NCBI RefSeq assembly: GCF_006345805.1
Contig: NC_043017.1
Coordinates: 12,710,001-12,774,000, forward strand
Direction: 5' to 3'
DNA from: Octopus sinensis
Lineage: Eukaryota
DNA length: 64,000 nt
In this document: in pieces, positions 12,165 through 24,322 of the stretch
Layout of the letters: the number at the start of each line of letters is the position of its first letter
Position numbering within the stretch: the stretch's first letter is position 1
The notes under the pieces: model-generated
Told to the model about the DNA's origin: nothing
Databases searched by the model: none
What the model saw: only the letters and a program-made list of their open reading frames with translations
Position numbers and translations under genes: made by a program

Positions 12165-12459
12165 GCTTGCACTGAGGATTAAAAAGTGCATTACTACACT
12201 AATTCTGAAATCGCGGTGATATGCAGCTAAATTATGTTTTTAAATGACTTGCTTCGAGAGTTGCATTCGCTACGATGTGTTTATTTATTTTGGTAGTTTC
12301 GACTTTAAGAGTCCCTCCTAGCGTGTGGCATTTATGTATAGTAATGCCCTCTATAATATATATATATATATATATCTCCCCTAATTTCGCTCTTGCGTCT
12401 CACGTTTGATCTTTGACTTCTGGCCGAAATCAGATCGCCATGTTGATTCGCTAGCCTCT

Positions 12460-12643
12460 GCACGCATTTTTTTCTCTCCTTGTTTCTCTCCGTGTTTCTT
12501 TTCTGTGTATCTTTCTGTTGAAGAGCGTAGGCTCGAAACGTAAACGACTTGTTTTATTTATATTCCTGAGCGCCATACTAATACAATTGTTTGTTTGTAT
12601 TCCACTTCCCTTCGTCTTTTGTTTATTTCCATAAAGCTTCCCG

Positions 12644-12650
<7 letters not shown>
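12460..12650 (+). mobile_element. Penelope-pLTR-like element with a hammerhead-like motif (12510-12547)
   Basis: tcttt-CTGTTGA-A-GAGC-gtag-GCTC-GAAA-CG-TA; shares ttcctgagcg with the other copies. Confidence 0.55.
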
Positions 12651-12683
<33 letters not shown>

Positions 12684-12753
12684 TATGCGTGCGCCAGAGC
12701 ACTAATCAATATATATACTTTAAACATAATCTTCTTTTTCTTGTTTCGGTCAG

Positions 12754-12870
12754 GGCCCTAAGAAGAAGACTGGTGAATTAGACTACAACAAAAATGGTAA
12801 CTACTACAGAGATCTTGTCTCTCTTCTGAGTGACCAAAGTAAGGTGTTTGAGCAACAAATTGCCAAATTG
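12754..12870 (+). CDS. ODAD2: ODAD2/ARMC4 internal exon (117 nt, phase 0/0): GPKKKTGELDYNKNGNYYRDLVSLLSDQSKVFEQQIAKL
   Basis: Polypyrimidine tract + cag acceptor, GTGAGT donor, open frame, phase-compatible with next exon. Assigned to the gene by continuity; sequence itself poorly conserved. Confidence 0.7.
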
Positions 12871-13204
12871 GTGAGTTTTTCATTTCTTTCTTCCGTTAAT
12901 GTTGTGTTCCTTAGTTTTTTGTGTATATATGTGTGTTTCTACACCCACCTTTGTCTCTGAAGTCATCTTTCTCGGTGACTTGAGAGACAGAAAAAGATAC
13001 AATCAGCAGAAGACGAGACATGATCGAAGACTTTATATTGGACAGATTATTCAATTAGCCACAGAGAGCAAAAGCATATTGAGAAGAATAGAAGCACTTG
13101 AGAGAGAGGAGCAGAGGGAGTAAATATAGTGGAAAGGTGGAGAAATTTAGAGAGGAATGGAAAGAGCAAAATTCTGATTTCACCATGTGCAAATAAATGA
13201 TGGA

Positions 13205-14100
13205 TCTACAATACCTCCATCATTTATTTGCACATGGTGAAATCAGAAAAAGAACTCATCAGAAAAATCTTTCCAAATCTCAGTGTACATTAGAAGCATC
13301 ACAAATGGTTGAGTGAAAGGGCAATTCTAGCCCTGATGAAAGTAACTGTGAATGCAATGAACTTTGATCTTCTCTTTTACTCTTTTACTCTTTTACTTGT
13401 TTCAGTCATTTGACTGCGGCCATGCTGGAGCACCGCCTTTAGTCGAGCAAATCGACCCCGGGACTTATTCCTTGTAAGCCCAGTACTTATTCTATCGGTC
13501 TCTTCTGCCGAACTGCTAAGTGACGGGGACGTAAACACACCAGCATCGGTTGTCAAGCAATGCTAGGGGGACAAACGCACACACACAAACACACACACAC
13601 ATACACATATATATATACATATATACGACAGGCTTCTTTCAGTTTCTGTCTACCAAATCCACTCACAAGGCATTGGTCGGCCCGAGGCTACAGCTGAAGA
13701 CACTTGCCCAAGATGCCACGCAGTGGGAATGAACCCGGAACCATGTGGTTGGTAAGCAAGCTACTTACCACACAGCCACTCCTGCGCCTAATGCAACTTC
13801 CAGGAAATTGCCAATCACACAGATCTATTGACACCATTGTTGATCAATCAGAAATAGTAAATTATCCAGTCAAGATTTTAAACTCATCGGAACTAAGTTT
13901 ACCTTCTCATCATAAGCTTCACTTAAAACTTGGAGCTTCAATAATGCTTCTAAGAAATTTAGATCCTCCGAAATTGTGCAATACGAGAACAAGACTTATT
14001 CTGAAGAAACCAATGCTGTGTGCTATAGAGGTTATTGCACTCTCATAATGTGGAGTAGGTGATAATGTATTCATTTCAAGAATTCCAATAATACCTACTT
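13205..14100 (+). mobile_element. Helitron PIF1-like helicase remnant interrupted by SINE A
   Basis: KELIRKIFPNL...WLSERAILA; NYPVKILNS...HKLHLKLGASIMLLRNLDPPKLCN.TRLI; RIPIIPT. Confidence 0.88.
13371..13790 (-). mobile_element. SINE family A, antisense, full length
   Basis: Reverse complement of the consensus. Confidence 0.92.
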
Positions 14101-14216
14101 ACTAGCAGTATCACCCGGCGTTGCTCGGGTTTGTTTCGACCCTTTAGAATTGGAATTTTTGAAAAGTAAAAATTTTGCATTATGTAGCTTGTTATTCTCT
14201 TTAAGTGAACATTTTT
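14101..14216 (-). mobile_element. Helentron/HINE-like element terminus
   Basis: actagcagtatcacccggcgttgctcggg is the reverse complement of the end of 49720-50123. Right boundary uncertain. Confidence 0.65.
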
Positions 14217-14228
14217 ATATATAAACAG

Positions 14229-14437
14229 AAATTTCAAGTGAAACCAAAGCCCAAATCTTCAAAGGAGAAGAACCAACCGTCGAAGGACCAGAAAGCAAAG
14301 GATACTGTCAACCTTGTTCCAGAAAGTGGCCCACTACAAAAAGAATCGGATTTGAGTTTGAAATCTAGTGGCACCAATGCAAAATTATCTCCATCTACGA
14401 AATGGACAATGTTGGACGATGAGGAGGGCACGAAAAG
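14229..14437 (+). CDS. ODAD2: ODAD2/ARMC4 internal exon (209 nt, phase 0/2), K/S-rich low-complexity linker
   Basis: aaacag acceptor, AG|GTAAGA donor, open frame KFQVKPKPK...DDEEGTK; phases fit both neighbours. Confidence 0.7.
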
Positions 14438-14489
14438 GTAAGATCTTGTTGCGGGGTGGGGAGGGGCTTCTTTTACACATATGTTCCAC

Positions 14490-15462
14490 ACGTAAAAAGC
14501 ACCCACTACACTCTCGGAGTGGTTGGCGTTAGGAAGGGCATCCAGCTGTAGAAACACTGCCAGATCAGACTGGAGCCTGGTGCAGCCTCCTGGCTTCCCA
14601 GGCCCCTGTAGAACCGTCCAACTCATGCTAGGATTGAAAAACGGACGCTAAACGATGATGATGATGATGATGATGCTGACATTGTCTTTCATCTTTTAGT
14701 GGGGTCAATAAAATAAGTACCAGTTGAGTACTGGGGTTGATGTAATCGACTCACCCTGCGACCCCAAAACTACAGGCCTCGTACCAAAATTTGAAATTAT
14801 CATTGTTGTTGCTGTTACTATTGTTATTGTACATGCATTCTTTGTATTATGCATTAGATCATCCCAACAACAAAGTGAATCCAATAATGACCAACCTAAC
14901 AGATGACCCATGGCTTGGACCCTCCTGTAGTTACAGAAGAGGGACCATACATAAGGCTCTTTATTTCACATTTGTGTTTCCGTCAAATCCAAAGCAGAAT
15001 CCAGTCTAACATTTCCACTCTATGAGTGTGATCGTCACCATTCGAATGTGATCATTACCAGTGTCGCCTTACTGGCACTCGAGCCCCGTGCTAGTTGTGT
15101 GATCGTTGCCAGAGCGGCTATCTGGCCTCCGTGCCGGTGGCACGTAAAAGACACCATTCAAGACACTGTGATCGCTCCCTACGTCACTTCACTGGCACTT
15201 GTGCCGGTGACATGTGTAAAAGATTCGAGCGAGGTCGTTGCCAGTACCGCCAGACTGGCACCCCCATGCCGGTGGCACGTAAAAAGCACCCACTACACTC
15301 TCGGAGTGGTTGGCGTTAGGAAGGGCATCCAACTGTAGAAACTCTGCCAGATCAAGATTGAAGCCTGGTGCAGCCATCTGGTTCGCCAGCCCTCAGTCAA
15401 ATCGTCCAACCCATGCTAGCATGGAAAGCGGACGTTAAACGATGATGATGATGATGATGATG
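14490..15462 (+). mobile_element. Two family D (RTE-type 3' end, (GAT)n tail) copies at 14490-14675 and 15025-15462, with a SINE C fragment between
   Basis: ggagtggttggcgttaggaagggcatcca...ggacg(c/t)taaacgatgatgat. Confidence 0.85.
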
Positions 15463-15699
15463 TGAGTGAATCCAAGACTTTTCCACAAATTTTCTGCTAG
15501 TTCCATCTTCATGCCTGATGTTGATGAACTGTTTTCTAGCCCTTCTCCATTCCACTGTTGTATCAATGTAGACGAATCCGTAACACTTACAAGAACAGAT
15601 TCACATCACAAACGTTCTTGTTGCGATTTCTATTAGAAATTTCCTGTGAAATTTTCTCATCCGTTTTTCAAACTTCTGTCTTATCCTTCCTGCTCTCTA

Positions 15700-15935
15700 A
15701 AGATTGTATTGGCATCCTTTCTGTCTCGGGAGACAATGGAGTTGCGCATGAAGTAGTCTAGTCCGGCTTTTATATTTCATGTCCTGATACATTTCCTGCT
15801 GTGGCTGTGTAGTCCTATCCTGGACAAACACTCCCTCTGGCAGGTACCGCAAATGTAGCGAAGACTGTTCCTGGCTGGTTGTAGTGCCATAGTCTCTTGT
15901 TTACGTCTCTTCCTTTCTTTCCATTTCTCCTCTCT
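15700..15935 (-). mobile_element. RTE (BovB-like) LINE 3' end with C-terminal Cys/His motif
   Basis: YICGTCQRECLSRIGLHSHSRKC*, then ccattgtctcccgagacagaaaggatgcc. Confidence 0.85.
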
Positions 15936-16082
15936 CTCTCTCTGTCACTCCTTTGTATTCCTTCTTTTACGGTACGTCGCCAATCTCCACGGTTGCCACA
16001 GAGCTAATTATCCGAAAATTTGCAATCTTATGCATTTATTTGTTTCATTTATTTACTCAATCTATGTCATTAATATATGCAG

Positions 16083-16133
16083 AAGTACCTCAAGTAAGAA
16101 GTCTTCGGGCAAGAGAACAAGGGCTGGTTATGG
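16083..16133 (+). CDS. ODAD2: ODAD2/ARMC4 small exon (51 nt, phase 2/2): (R)STSSKKSSGKRTRAGY(G)
   Basis: tgcag acceptor, GG|GTAAGT donor; bridges the phase-2 end of the 14229 exon to the phase-2 start of the 18601 exon. Confidence 0.7.
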
Positions 16134-16151
16134 GTAAGTGTTGTTTGTTAA

Positions 16152-16186
<35 letters not shown>

Positions 16187-16236
16187 AAAAAATGGTATGT
16201 GTTATGTTCTCTAGTCATAAGGGCCAGTTTCTATGG

Positions 16237-16460
16237 TGTCGAGCTGGCAGAAACGTTAGCGCGCCGGGCGAAATGCTTAGCGGTATTTCGTCTGACGTTA
16301 CGTTCTGAGTTCAAATTCCGCCGAGGTCAACTTTGCCTGTCATCCTTTCGGGGTCGATAAATAAAGTACCAGTTTCGCACTGGGGTCGATATAATCGACT
16401 TAATCCCTTCGTCTGTCCTTGTTTGTCCCCTCTATGTTTAGCCCCTTGTGGGCAGTAAAG
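16237..16460 (+). mobile_element. SINE family C monomer
   Basis: Consensus match. Confidence 0.9.
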
Positions 16461-16692
16461 GACACTTACCTTGCCTTGACCACTTAGTGGCCGACAACAT
16501 AAGATCATGTCCCTTAGTGGCCGACAACATAGGATCATGAGCAGGAGTAGTGGGGCGAGCATCATAGCCTTGTGAGTGGGTTTACCAGGCGGAAACTTTG
16601 GAAACCTGACACCTAAGTAATTTCGGACTCAATTGTTTGAAATTCAATTAGCAGCAGCAGTAGTAATGGTGGTGGTGGTGGTGGTGGTGGTA

Positions 16693-16754
<62 letters not shown>

Positions 16755-16835
16755 GGTGGTGTGGTGGTGGTGGTGGTGGTGGTGGTAGTGGTGGTGGTGG
16801 TAGTGGTGGTGGTGGTGGTGGTGGTGGTGGTGGTG

Positions 16836-16886
<51 letters not shown>

Positions 16887-17407
16887 ACTTGTGAAGAATA
16901 ATAAATTGGAAAATTTTTCAAAGGGAAACAACTCTGATATTGCAAGTTATTTCCCTTTTTTAATGAAATCTGTGAAAATTGAACATAGAGCAAAAAAATC
17001 ATCGTAGGGTAAATGTGATTAAAGTAATTAAAAAAAAGGGAAGTGGGCAAGGAAAAGCAAGCTTATAGAAGACCGAACCTCGCAAATACGAATTTATGAA
17101 ACATTTTTGCGGGGAAAAAGTGCGATTTGCAAGCCATCGAATAGTACATGTGTGTGTGGTGTTCCCTACCATCGCTTGACAACCGAAGTTGGTGTGACCG
17201 ATAGAATAAGTACTAGGCTTACAAAGAATAAGTCCTGGGGGGTTGATTTGATCGACTAAAGGCGGTGCTACAGCATGGCCGCAGTCAAATAACTGAGACA
17301 AGACAAAGAATAAAAGAATAAATGGATAAAGACTAGCTTTTTCAAAATGACTGTAATTTTGATGGGAAATAACTCCGATGTTTCTAAGTTACTTCCCTTC
17401 CACATTT

Positions 17408-17456
<49 letters not shown>

Positions 17457-17459
17457 TTT

Positions 17460-17500
<41 letters not shown>

Positions 17501-17942
17501 CATGTGTATATATATATATGTGTGAGTGTATCGCGCACGTGTATGTGTGTATTATTCGCATCTAAATTAGAAGCAGCACTAATGTTCTAAATATTATTGA
17601 CCCCATATACTCAGTGTATGTGCTTTGCTTGTTCGGCAGTAGGCTGCAGAATTGCACAGTGGGGATGACTTCTTCAAAGCACTGAGTGTTCCGACACCTG
17701 AAAGTCACAGACAGACGAGACAACTTGTTCCAAAATTCCATCCTGGAGTGATGGACGTCGAGTTTTGCCATTTTTGTGGCTTAGCAACATCATGTACCTA
17801 AACGCAATTTGGAGGCAAACTGAATCGCCAGTCCATGACTATATACAGATAGTGTAAAAGACATTTGCTGGTTACCACGACGATGTATACAAGCAAGAAA
17901 GCAAGGCACATACATTGAGTATGTGAGGTCGATAATGTTTAC

Positions 17943-18034
<92 letters not shown>

Positions 18035-18046
18035 GATATATATATA

Positions 18047-18092
<46 letters not shown>

Positions 18093-18118
18093 TATATATA
18101 TATATATATATTGCATAG

Positions 18119-18518
18119 GAACAGGAGTGGCTCTTTGATAAGAAGCTTGCTTCCAAACCACATAGTCCCGGGTTCAGTTTCACTGAATGGCACTTTTAGC
18201 AAGTAAGTGCCTTCTACTATAGCCTCAGGCTGACCGAAGCTTTGTCCATGGATTTGGTAGACAGAAACTGAAAGAAGCTCTTCTTGTGTGTGTGGCCCCG
18301 TGTCTTTGAGCTTGTTTGTCCCTCACCACTGCTTGACAACCAGTGTTTGTGTGTTTACATCCCTCATGACTTAGCAGTTCAGCAAAAAAGGAAAGATAAA
18401 ATACATACTAGGCTTTAAAAATAAAGTCTTGGGTTCAATTTCTTCCACAAAAACCCTTCGAGGTAGTGCCCCAGCATCGGCCACAGTCAAATGACTGAAG
18501 CAAGTGAACGATAAAAGA
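18119..18518 (+). mobile_element. SINE family A, diverged, ending ~80 nt before the 18601 exon
   Basis: Head, core and 3' module recognisable. Confidence 0.8.
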
Positions 18519-18600
18519 TATATATATATATATATATAGTTGTGTGTATATATTTTTTTATTGTTGTTTATTGGTTTGTTTTTCTTTTTTTCTATTGGAG

Positions 18601-18754
18601 AAAAAGCAAAAAGAAACTTGATGACTCAGAAGAGAGTCTGAGTGATACGACAAGTGAGAGTGAAGAGGAAGAAGAGACATTGGAAAGGCGGGAAGTGAAC
18701 ACGGACCTCCCGACTGAATATTGGCAAATACAGAAGCTGGTGAAATACCTGAAG
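18601..18754 (+). CDS. ODAD2: ODAD2/ARMC4 exon (154 nt, phase 2/0): acidic tract + [17 protein letters not shown]
   Basis: Matches the recalled ARMC4 motif [17 protein letters not shown]; T-rich acceptor, AAG|GTGCGT donor. Confidence 0.95.
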
Positions 18755-18971
18755 GTGCGTGTGTGTGTGTGTGGAGGGGGAGGGTTCTGTATGTCTGTGT
18801 GTGATGTATATACATGTATACACACACACACACACACATACATATATACCGTATTATATATATATATATATATAATTGATTTTATTTTAACTGTAGTACT
18901 TGAAGTAGATAAAGCTATAATAAAACCATGTAAATATTGAATTTAAACCCCTTTTGGATAGATAGAAAGAT

Positions 18972-19049
<78 letters not shown>

Positions 19050-19100
19050 TGAAAGAAAGAAAAGAAAGAAAAGAAAGAAAGAGAGAGAGAGAGACAGATG

Positions 19101-19170
<70 letters not shown>

Positions 19171-19299
19171 CAGATAGATAGATAGATACAGAGAGACACA
19201 GACAGGCAGGCAGGCAGGCCGAGAGACAGACAGGCAAGCAGGCATGCAGGCAAGCAAGCAGACAGACAGGCAGGCAGACAGGCATGCATGCATGCAGGC

Positions 19300-19338
<39 letters not shown>

Positions 19339-19349
19339 TAGATAGATAT

Positions 19350-19407
<58 letters not shown>

Positions 19408-19865
19408 CTCCAAGAAATAGTAACCAAATCTATGTCACATCACACACTGTCACCGCCTAAAATGGAAGAACACATTGAATATTGTAGCCATTGATCTACC
19501 GTCGCCACTACCCTTCACCACCACCACTACCACCCCTCCCAAAATGGTTGCAATAAGAGAATACAGCTGAAAACACATTGATCATGATTCTGTTCAAACA
19601 GGGTAGATTTATGATCAAATACGTTCCAAACATATCTACCCCGTTTATTTGGAAGGGGTGTGTACATTATTCAATGTGTCCTTTCTCTCCTTGAAATGGA
19701 TTGTGGTGATGTGTGATTGTGATTTGACTACTATTTCTAACAAATAAAATTACTCCGAAAAAGCTTTCTCATTGGCTCGTAACTGTTAGACGTTATTTTT
19801 ATTGCATTTGTGTACATTTAAACTAATTAAATATTATTTTACAGAATAATAGAATTAAAATTTCT

Positions 19866-20153
19866 TTGATTAAAACCCTTTCTAACATGGAAGTATCCAG
19901 AGAGAATTTGAGGCACATAATGCTTTATGTGTACAAAACAGGAAACTCTGCAGCTGAAGCAACTCAAAACATACACTCAGTTTATGGGAAAGAATGCTTG
20001 AATGAAAGAACTTGCAGAAGATCATTTGCAAAATTCAGAAGTGGAGATTTCAGCCTTGAAGATGAAGATCGAACAGGACGTCCAGTTGAGTTTGACGATA
20101 AGCTCCTTGGGGCATTACTTGAAGAAAATCCTGCATTATCAGTTTATTTATAA
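19866..20153 (+). mobile_element. Mariner (Mos1/SETMAR-like) transposase N-terminal HTH fragment
   Basis: LRHIMLYVYKTGNSAAEATQNIHSVYG...FAKFRSGDFSLEDEDRTGRPVEFD; truncated. Confidence 0.92.
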
Positions 20154-20233
20154 ATAGATATTAATAAATGATATGATAATTTCCCTTAATGTGGTGTTGC
20201 TGTTAACGTTGGTGATATTGTTATCCTCTCCAG

Positions 20234-20380
20234 GTCAGTAACCAGACAGCCACGGTCATATTTCTCTGCTGCATGAGAGACTTTAATCTCTCCCAAGAGA
20301 CATGTCAGCTTGCCATTCGAGACCTGGGAGGACTAGAAATACTCATCAACCTTCTGGACACAGATGAAATCAAATGCAAG
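20234..20380 (+). CDS. ODAD2: ODAD2/ARMC4 exon (147 nt, phase 0/0): [49 protein letters not shown]
   Basis: Colinear with recalled vertebrate [49 protein letters not shown]; ctccag acceptor, GTGAGT donor. Absent from the ORF track. Confidence 0.95.
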
Positions 20381-20414
20381 GTGAGTTTGTCTTAGTTATT
20401 TGGACCCAACAGTT

Positions 20415-20965
20415 GTCAACTATGTGACGGTTATATCTGACAGTCAATTTTATCATAGCTATGTCCAATAGTAGTCAACAATGTGACAGCTATATCTGAC
20501 AGTGAATTTTATCATAGTTATGTCCAGAAGTAGTCAACACTGTGACGGCTATATCTGACAGTCAATTTTATCATAGCTATGTCCAGTAGTAGTCAACAAT
20601 GTGACGGCTATATCTGACAGTCAATTTTATCATAACTATGTCCAATAGTAGTCAACAATGTGACAGCTATATCTGACAGTGAATTTTATCATAGTTATGT
20701 CCAGAAGTAGTCAACAATGTGACGGCTATATCTGACAGTCAATTTTATCATAGCTATGTCCAGTAGTAGTCAACAATGTGACGGCTATATCTGACAGTCA
20801 ATTTTATCATAGTTATGTCCAGAAGTAGTCAACCAAGTGATGGTTCTGTCCAACACTCAACTTTGTCATGGCTATGTCCTACAGTATTCAGCTATACAAT
20901 GGTTATGTCCAGCTGTGAACTTTTGTCGTGATTATGTCCAATAGTAGTCAACTATAGAGCGGCTA
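20415..20965. repeat. 59-bp minisatellite, 7 conserved + ~2 degenerate units
   Basis: Unit starts at 20415, 20474, 20533, 20592, 20651, 20710, 20769, 20828. Confidence 0.97.
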
Positions 20966-21390
20966 TGTCCAACATTCAGTTACTGACCACCTATTTGTCT
21001 GACTTTCTCTACTTCTCTCTCTCTCTCCCATCCCCCTTTCTATCTCCTTCTCTCTATCTCTATCTCTCTCTCTTTCTCTCTTTCTTTCTCTCTTTCTTTC
21101 TCTCTATCTATCTGTCTCTCTATCTCTCTCTCTCTCTCTCTCTCTTTCTTTCTCTCTATCTATCTATCTGTCTGTCTGTGTATATCTGTCTTTATCTCAG
21201 TTTTCCTTCTTTCACTTTCATCTGACACATTTCCCAGGTTTTAACTCTCTCTCTCTCCTTCTCTCTCCCTCTCTCTCTCCCTCTCTCTCTCCCTCTCTCT
21301 CTCTCTTTCCTTCTCTCTCCCCTTCTCTCTCCTTCTCTCTCCTTCTCTCTCTCTTTCCTTCTCTCTCCCTCTCTCTCTCCTTCTCTCTCC

Positions 21391-21458
<68 letters not shown>

Positions 21459-21817
21459 CGCACAAACAACAATGACCCAAAAAAGGTATGTCCTCAAATA
21501 CCTTACGCACCCGGTTTATGAATCGAATTACAACAGGAACGAAGATTAAATGTATCTTTTTCCCATGCACAAAATCAATACAGTTGTTAGTTAGTTAGTT
21601 AGTTAATTTGGCTCAAAAGCAAATAGCAAGGCCATGTAGGGGGACATGGAGTTAAGTACAGGGTGGTGTTCATGTAAAGAGTTCAGGCCACTTGAGGTCA
21701 AGGGAGGCTTTGAACAAAGCGGTCGTCGGCATCTTCACCATCTTCACCAGTTGTTTACTCATTGAGGAATATCCTTGATCAACGAAGGATCAAATAATTG
21801 AATCTATATATCTGCTG

Positions 21818-22573
21818 GTGGAGGCACATGGCCTAGTGGTTAGAGCAGCAGACTCGTGGTCAAGGGATCGCGGGTTCGAATCTCAGACCGGGCGATGTGT
21901 GTGTTTATGAGCGAAACACCTAAGCTCCCCGCGGCTCCGGCAGAAGGTAATGGTGAACTTCTGCTGACTCTTTCGCCACAACTTTCTCTCAGTCTTTCCT
22001 CCTGCATCTTGCAGCTCACCTGTGACAGACCGGCGTCCCCTCCAGGTGGGGAACCTATACACCAAGGAAACTAGAGAGCCAGCCCTATGAGCCAGGCATG
22101 GCTTGAGAAGGAACAAACATATATCTGCAGAGAGAGAGAGAGGTGGGGAGAGACAGACAGACAGAATATGGTGCTACTTTAGCGTGCAGTACGGAGGCGC
22201 AATGGCCCAGTGGTTAGGGCAGCGGACTCGCGGTCATAGGATCGCGGTTTCGATTCCCAGACCGGGCGTTGTGAGTGTTTATTGAGCGAAAACACTTAAA
22301 AAGCTCCACGAGGCTCCAGCAGGGGATAGTGGTGATCCCTGCTGTACTCTTTCACCACAACTTTCTCTCACTCTTACTTCCTGTTTCTGTTGTACCTGTA
22401 TTTCAAGGGGCCGGCCTTGTCACTCTCTGTGTCACGCTGAATATCCCAGAGAACTACGTTAAGGGTGCACGTGTCTGTGGAGTGCTCAGCCACTTACACA
22501 TTAATTTCACGAGCAGGCTGTTCCGTTGATTCGGATCAACTGGAACCCTCGTCGTCGTAACCGACGGAGTGCT
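21818..22573 (+). mobile_element. SINE B-related variant (21818-22112) and SINE B (22193-22573)
   Basis: tRNA-like heads and shared body. Confidence 0.85.
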
Positions 22574-23210
22574 AATGAGAGAAAAGAAAGACTTTAGCGT
22601 GCAGTCTACTGCAGTTTTCATCTATGATGTGAAGATACTTTTAGCATGTGGCCTACCTTTTCTTACCCTTTTACACTATTCTCCTCTTCTGTCATGTTTG
22701 TGTTTGTTTTGCATGACGCTACCACATCGATGACAGGATCTGCTTCTTGTGATGTATCCAGAAAATTGCTTTCTTGTAAAAGTACAACTGCTGTTTCCTC
22801 TGTAAAAAAAATTATACGTCTATAGAGATCCCTTAACAGCATTGTTACGGTTAAAATTAACTCGGGTTAAGAGGGTAAGAAAAGATAGACCGCACGATAA
22901 AGTAGGATATAATATAAAATTTTTCTCGAATATCATTTACGCCAGAATTTTAGGAGGGGACGCAACTCACATAAGAAGATTACTGTAAGAGTTCACTCCC
23001 CTGAATTACTCATTTTGCCCCAGATAAATTTGTCTTTTATATGCTTAAGGCGATAGTAACAATTTCCTGAAATTGTGTTCAGATTGTGTTAAAATGGTTT
23101 TAAAGCATTTAGAGATGCTTAGCTGATATAGATTTTGTAAGGTTATGAACATTTGTAAAATATATTTCTTCTTAAAGTCAAAAATGCTCCTCATTTGTGG
23201 ATTCTCTCCC

Positions 23211-23279
<69 letters not shown>

Positions 23280-23312
23280 TTGGTTAATGGGAGACAAAAG
23301 ATGGAAGATAAA

Positions 23313-23707
23313 AGGCGGTGAGTTGGCAGAAACGTTAGCACGCTGGGTGAAATGCTCTGTGGTATTTCATCCACTGCTGCTTTCTGAGTTCAAATCCCGC
23401 CAAGGTCGACTGTGCCTTTCATCCTTTCGGGGTCAATAAATTAAGTACCAGTTACGTACTGGGTTCGATGTAATCGACTTAATCCATTTGTCTGTCCTTG
23501 TATGTCCCCTCTATGTTTAGCCCCTTTTGGTCAATAAAGAAATAAGATGGAAGATATAGGCGCAGGAGTGGCATGGTTCCGGGTTCAGTCCCACTGCGTG
23601 GCATCTTGGGCAAGTGTCTTCTGCTATAGCCTTGGGCCAACCAAAGCCTTGTGAGTGGATTTGGTAGATGGAAACTGAAAGAAGCCCGTCGTATATATGT
23701 ATGTATG

Positions 23708-23746
<39 letters not shown>

Positions 23747-23985
23747 GTATGTATGTATGTATGTGTGTGTGTGTGTGTCTGTGTCTGTGTTTGTCCCTCT
23801 AGCATTGCTTGACAACCGATGCTGGTGTGTTTACCTCCCCGTCACTTAGCGGTTCGGCAAAAGAGACCGATAGAATAAGTACTGGGCTTACAAAGAATAA
23901 GTCCCGGGGTCGATTTGCTCGACTAAAGGCGGTGCTCCAGCATGGCCGCAGTCAAATGACTGAAACAAGTAAAAGAGTAAAAGAG
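23313..23985 (+). mobile_element. SINE C (23313-23543, TSD aagatggaagata) followed directly by SINE A (23557-23985)
   Basis: Consensus matches; TSD at 23298-23310 and 23544-23556. Confidence 0.9.
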
Positions 23986-24322
23986 TATACGAGAATTTTT
24001 ATTAATCACCACAAAATGTTTCGACTCCTCAAGCATCAATCCCTCACAGGTGGAATACTTAACAACTGGTTTGGGAACATCAGACAGTGCAGATGTTTCC
24101 TTTTGGGTGATAAATAAATATAACTCAGTAAAATAACAGTTCTGCAATGCATATTCTCCTTTTGTGTGAAGAAATGCAGCAGCAAATTAAAGGACATAGC
24201 TTCATTGATATAGAAAATCAATAATGAAATAACAAATGGAAAAAAGAAATGAAAACACGGTACAGTAAAAAAAGGATTAGATATCTGTTTAAATATCAAG
24301 TATTAAGTATATAAAATATATA

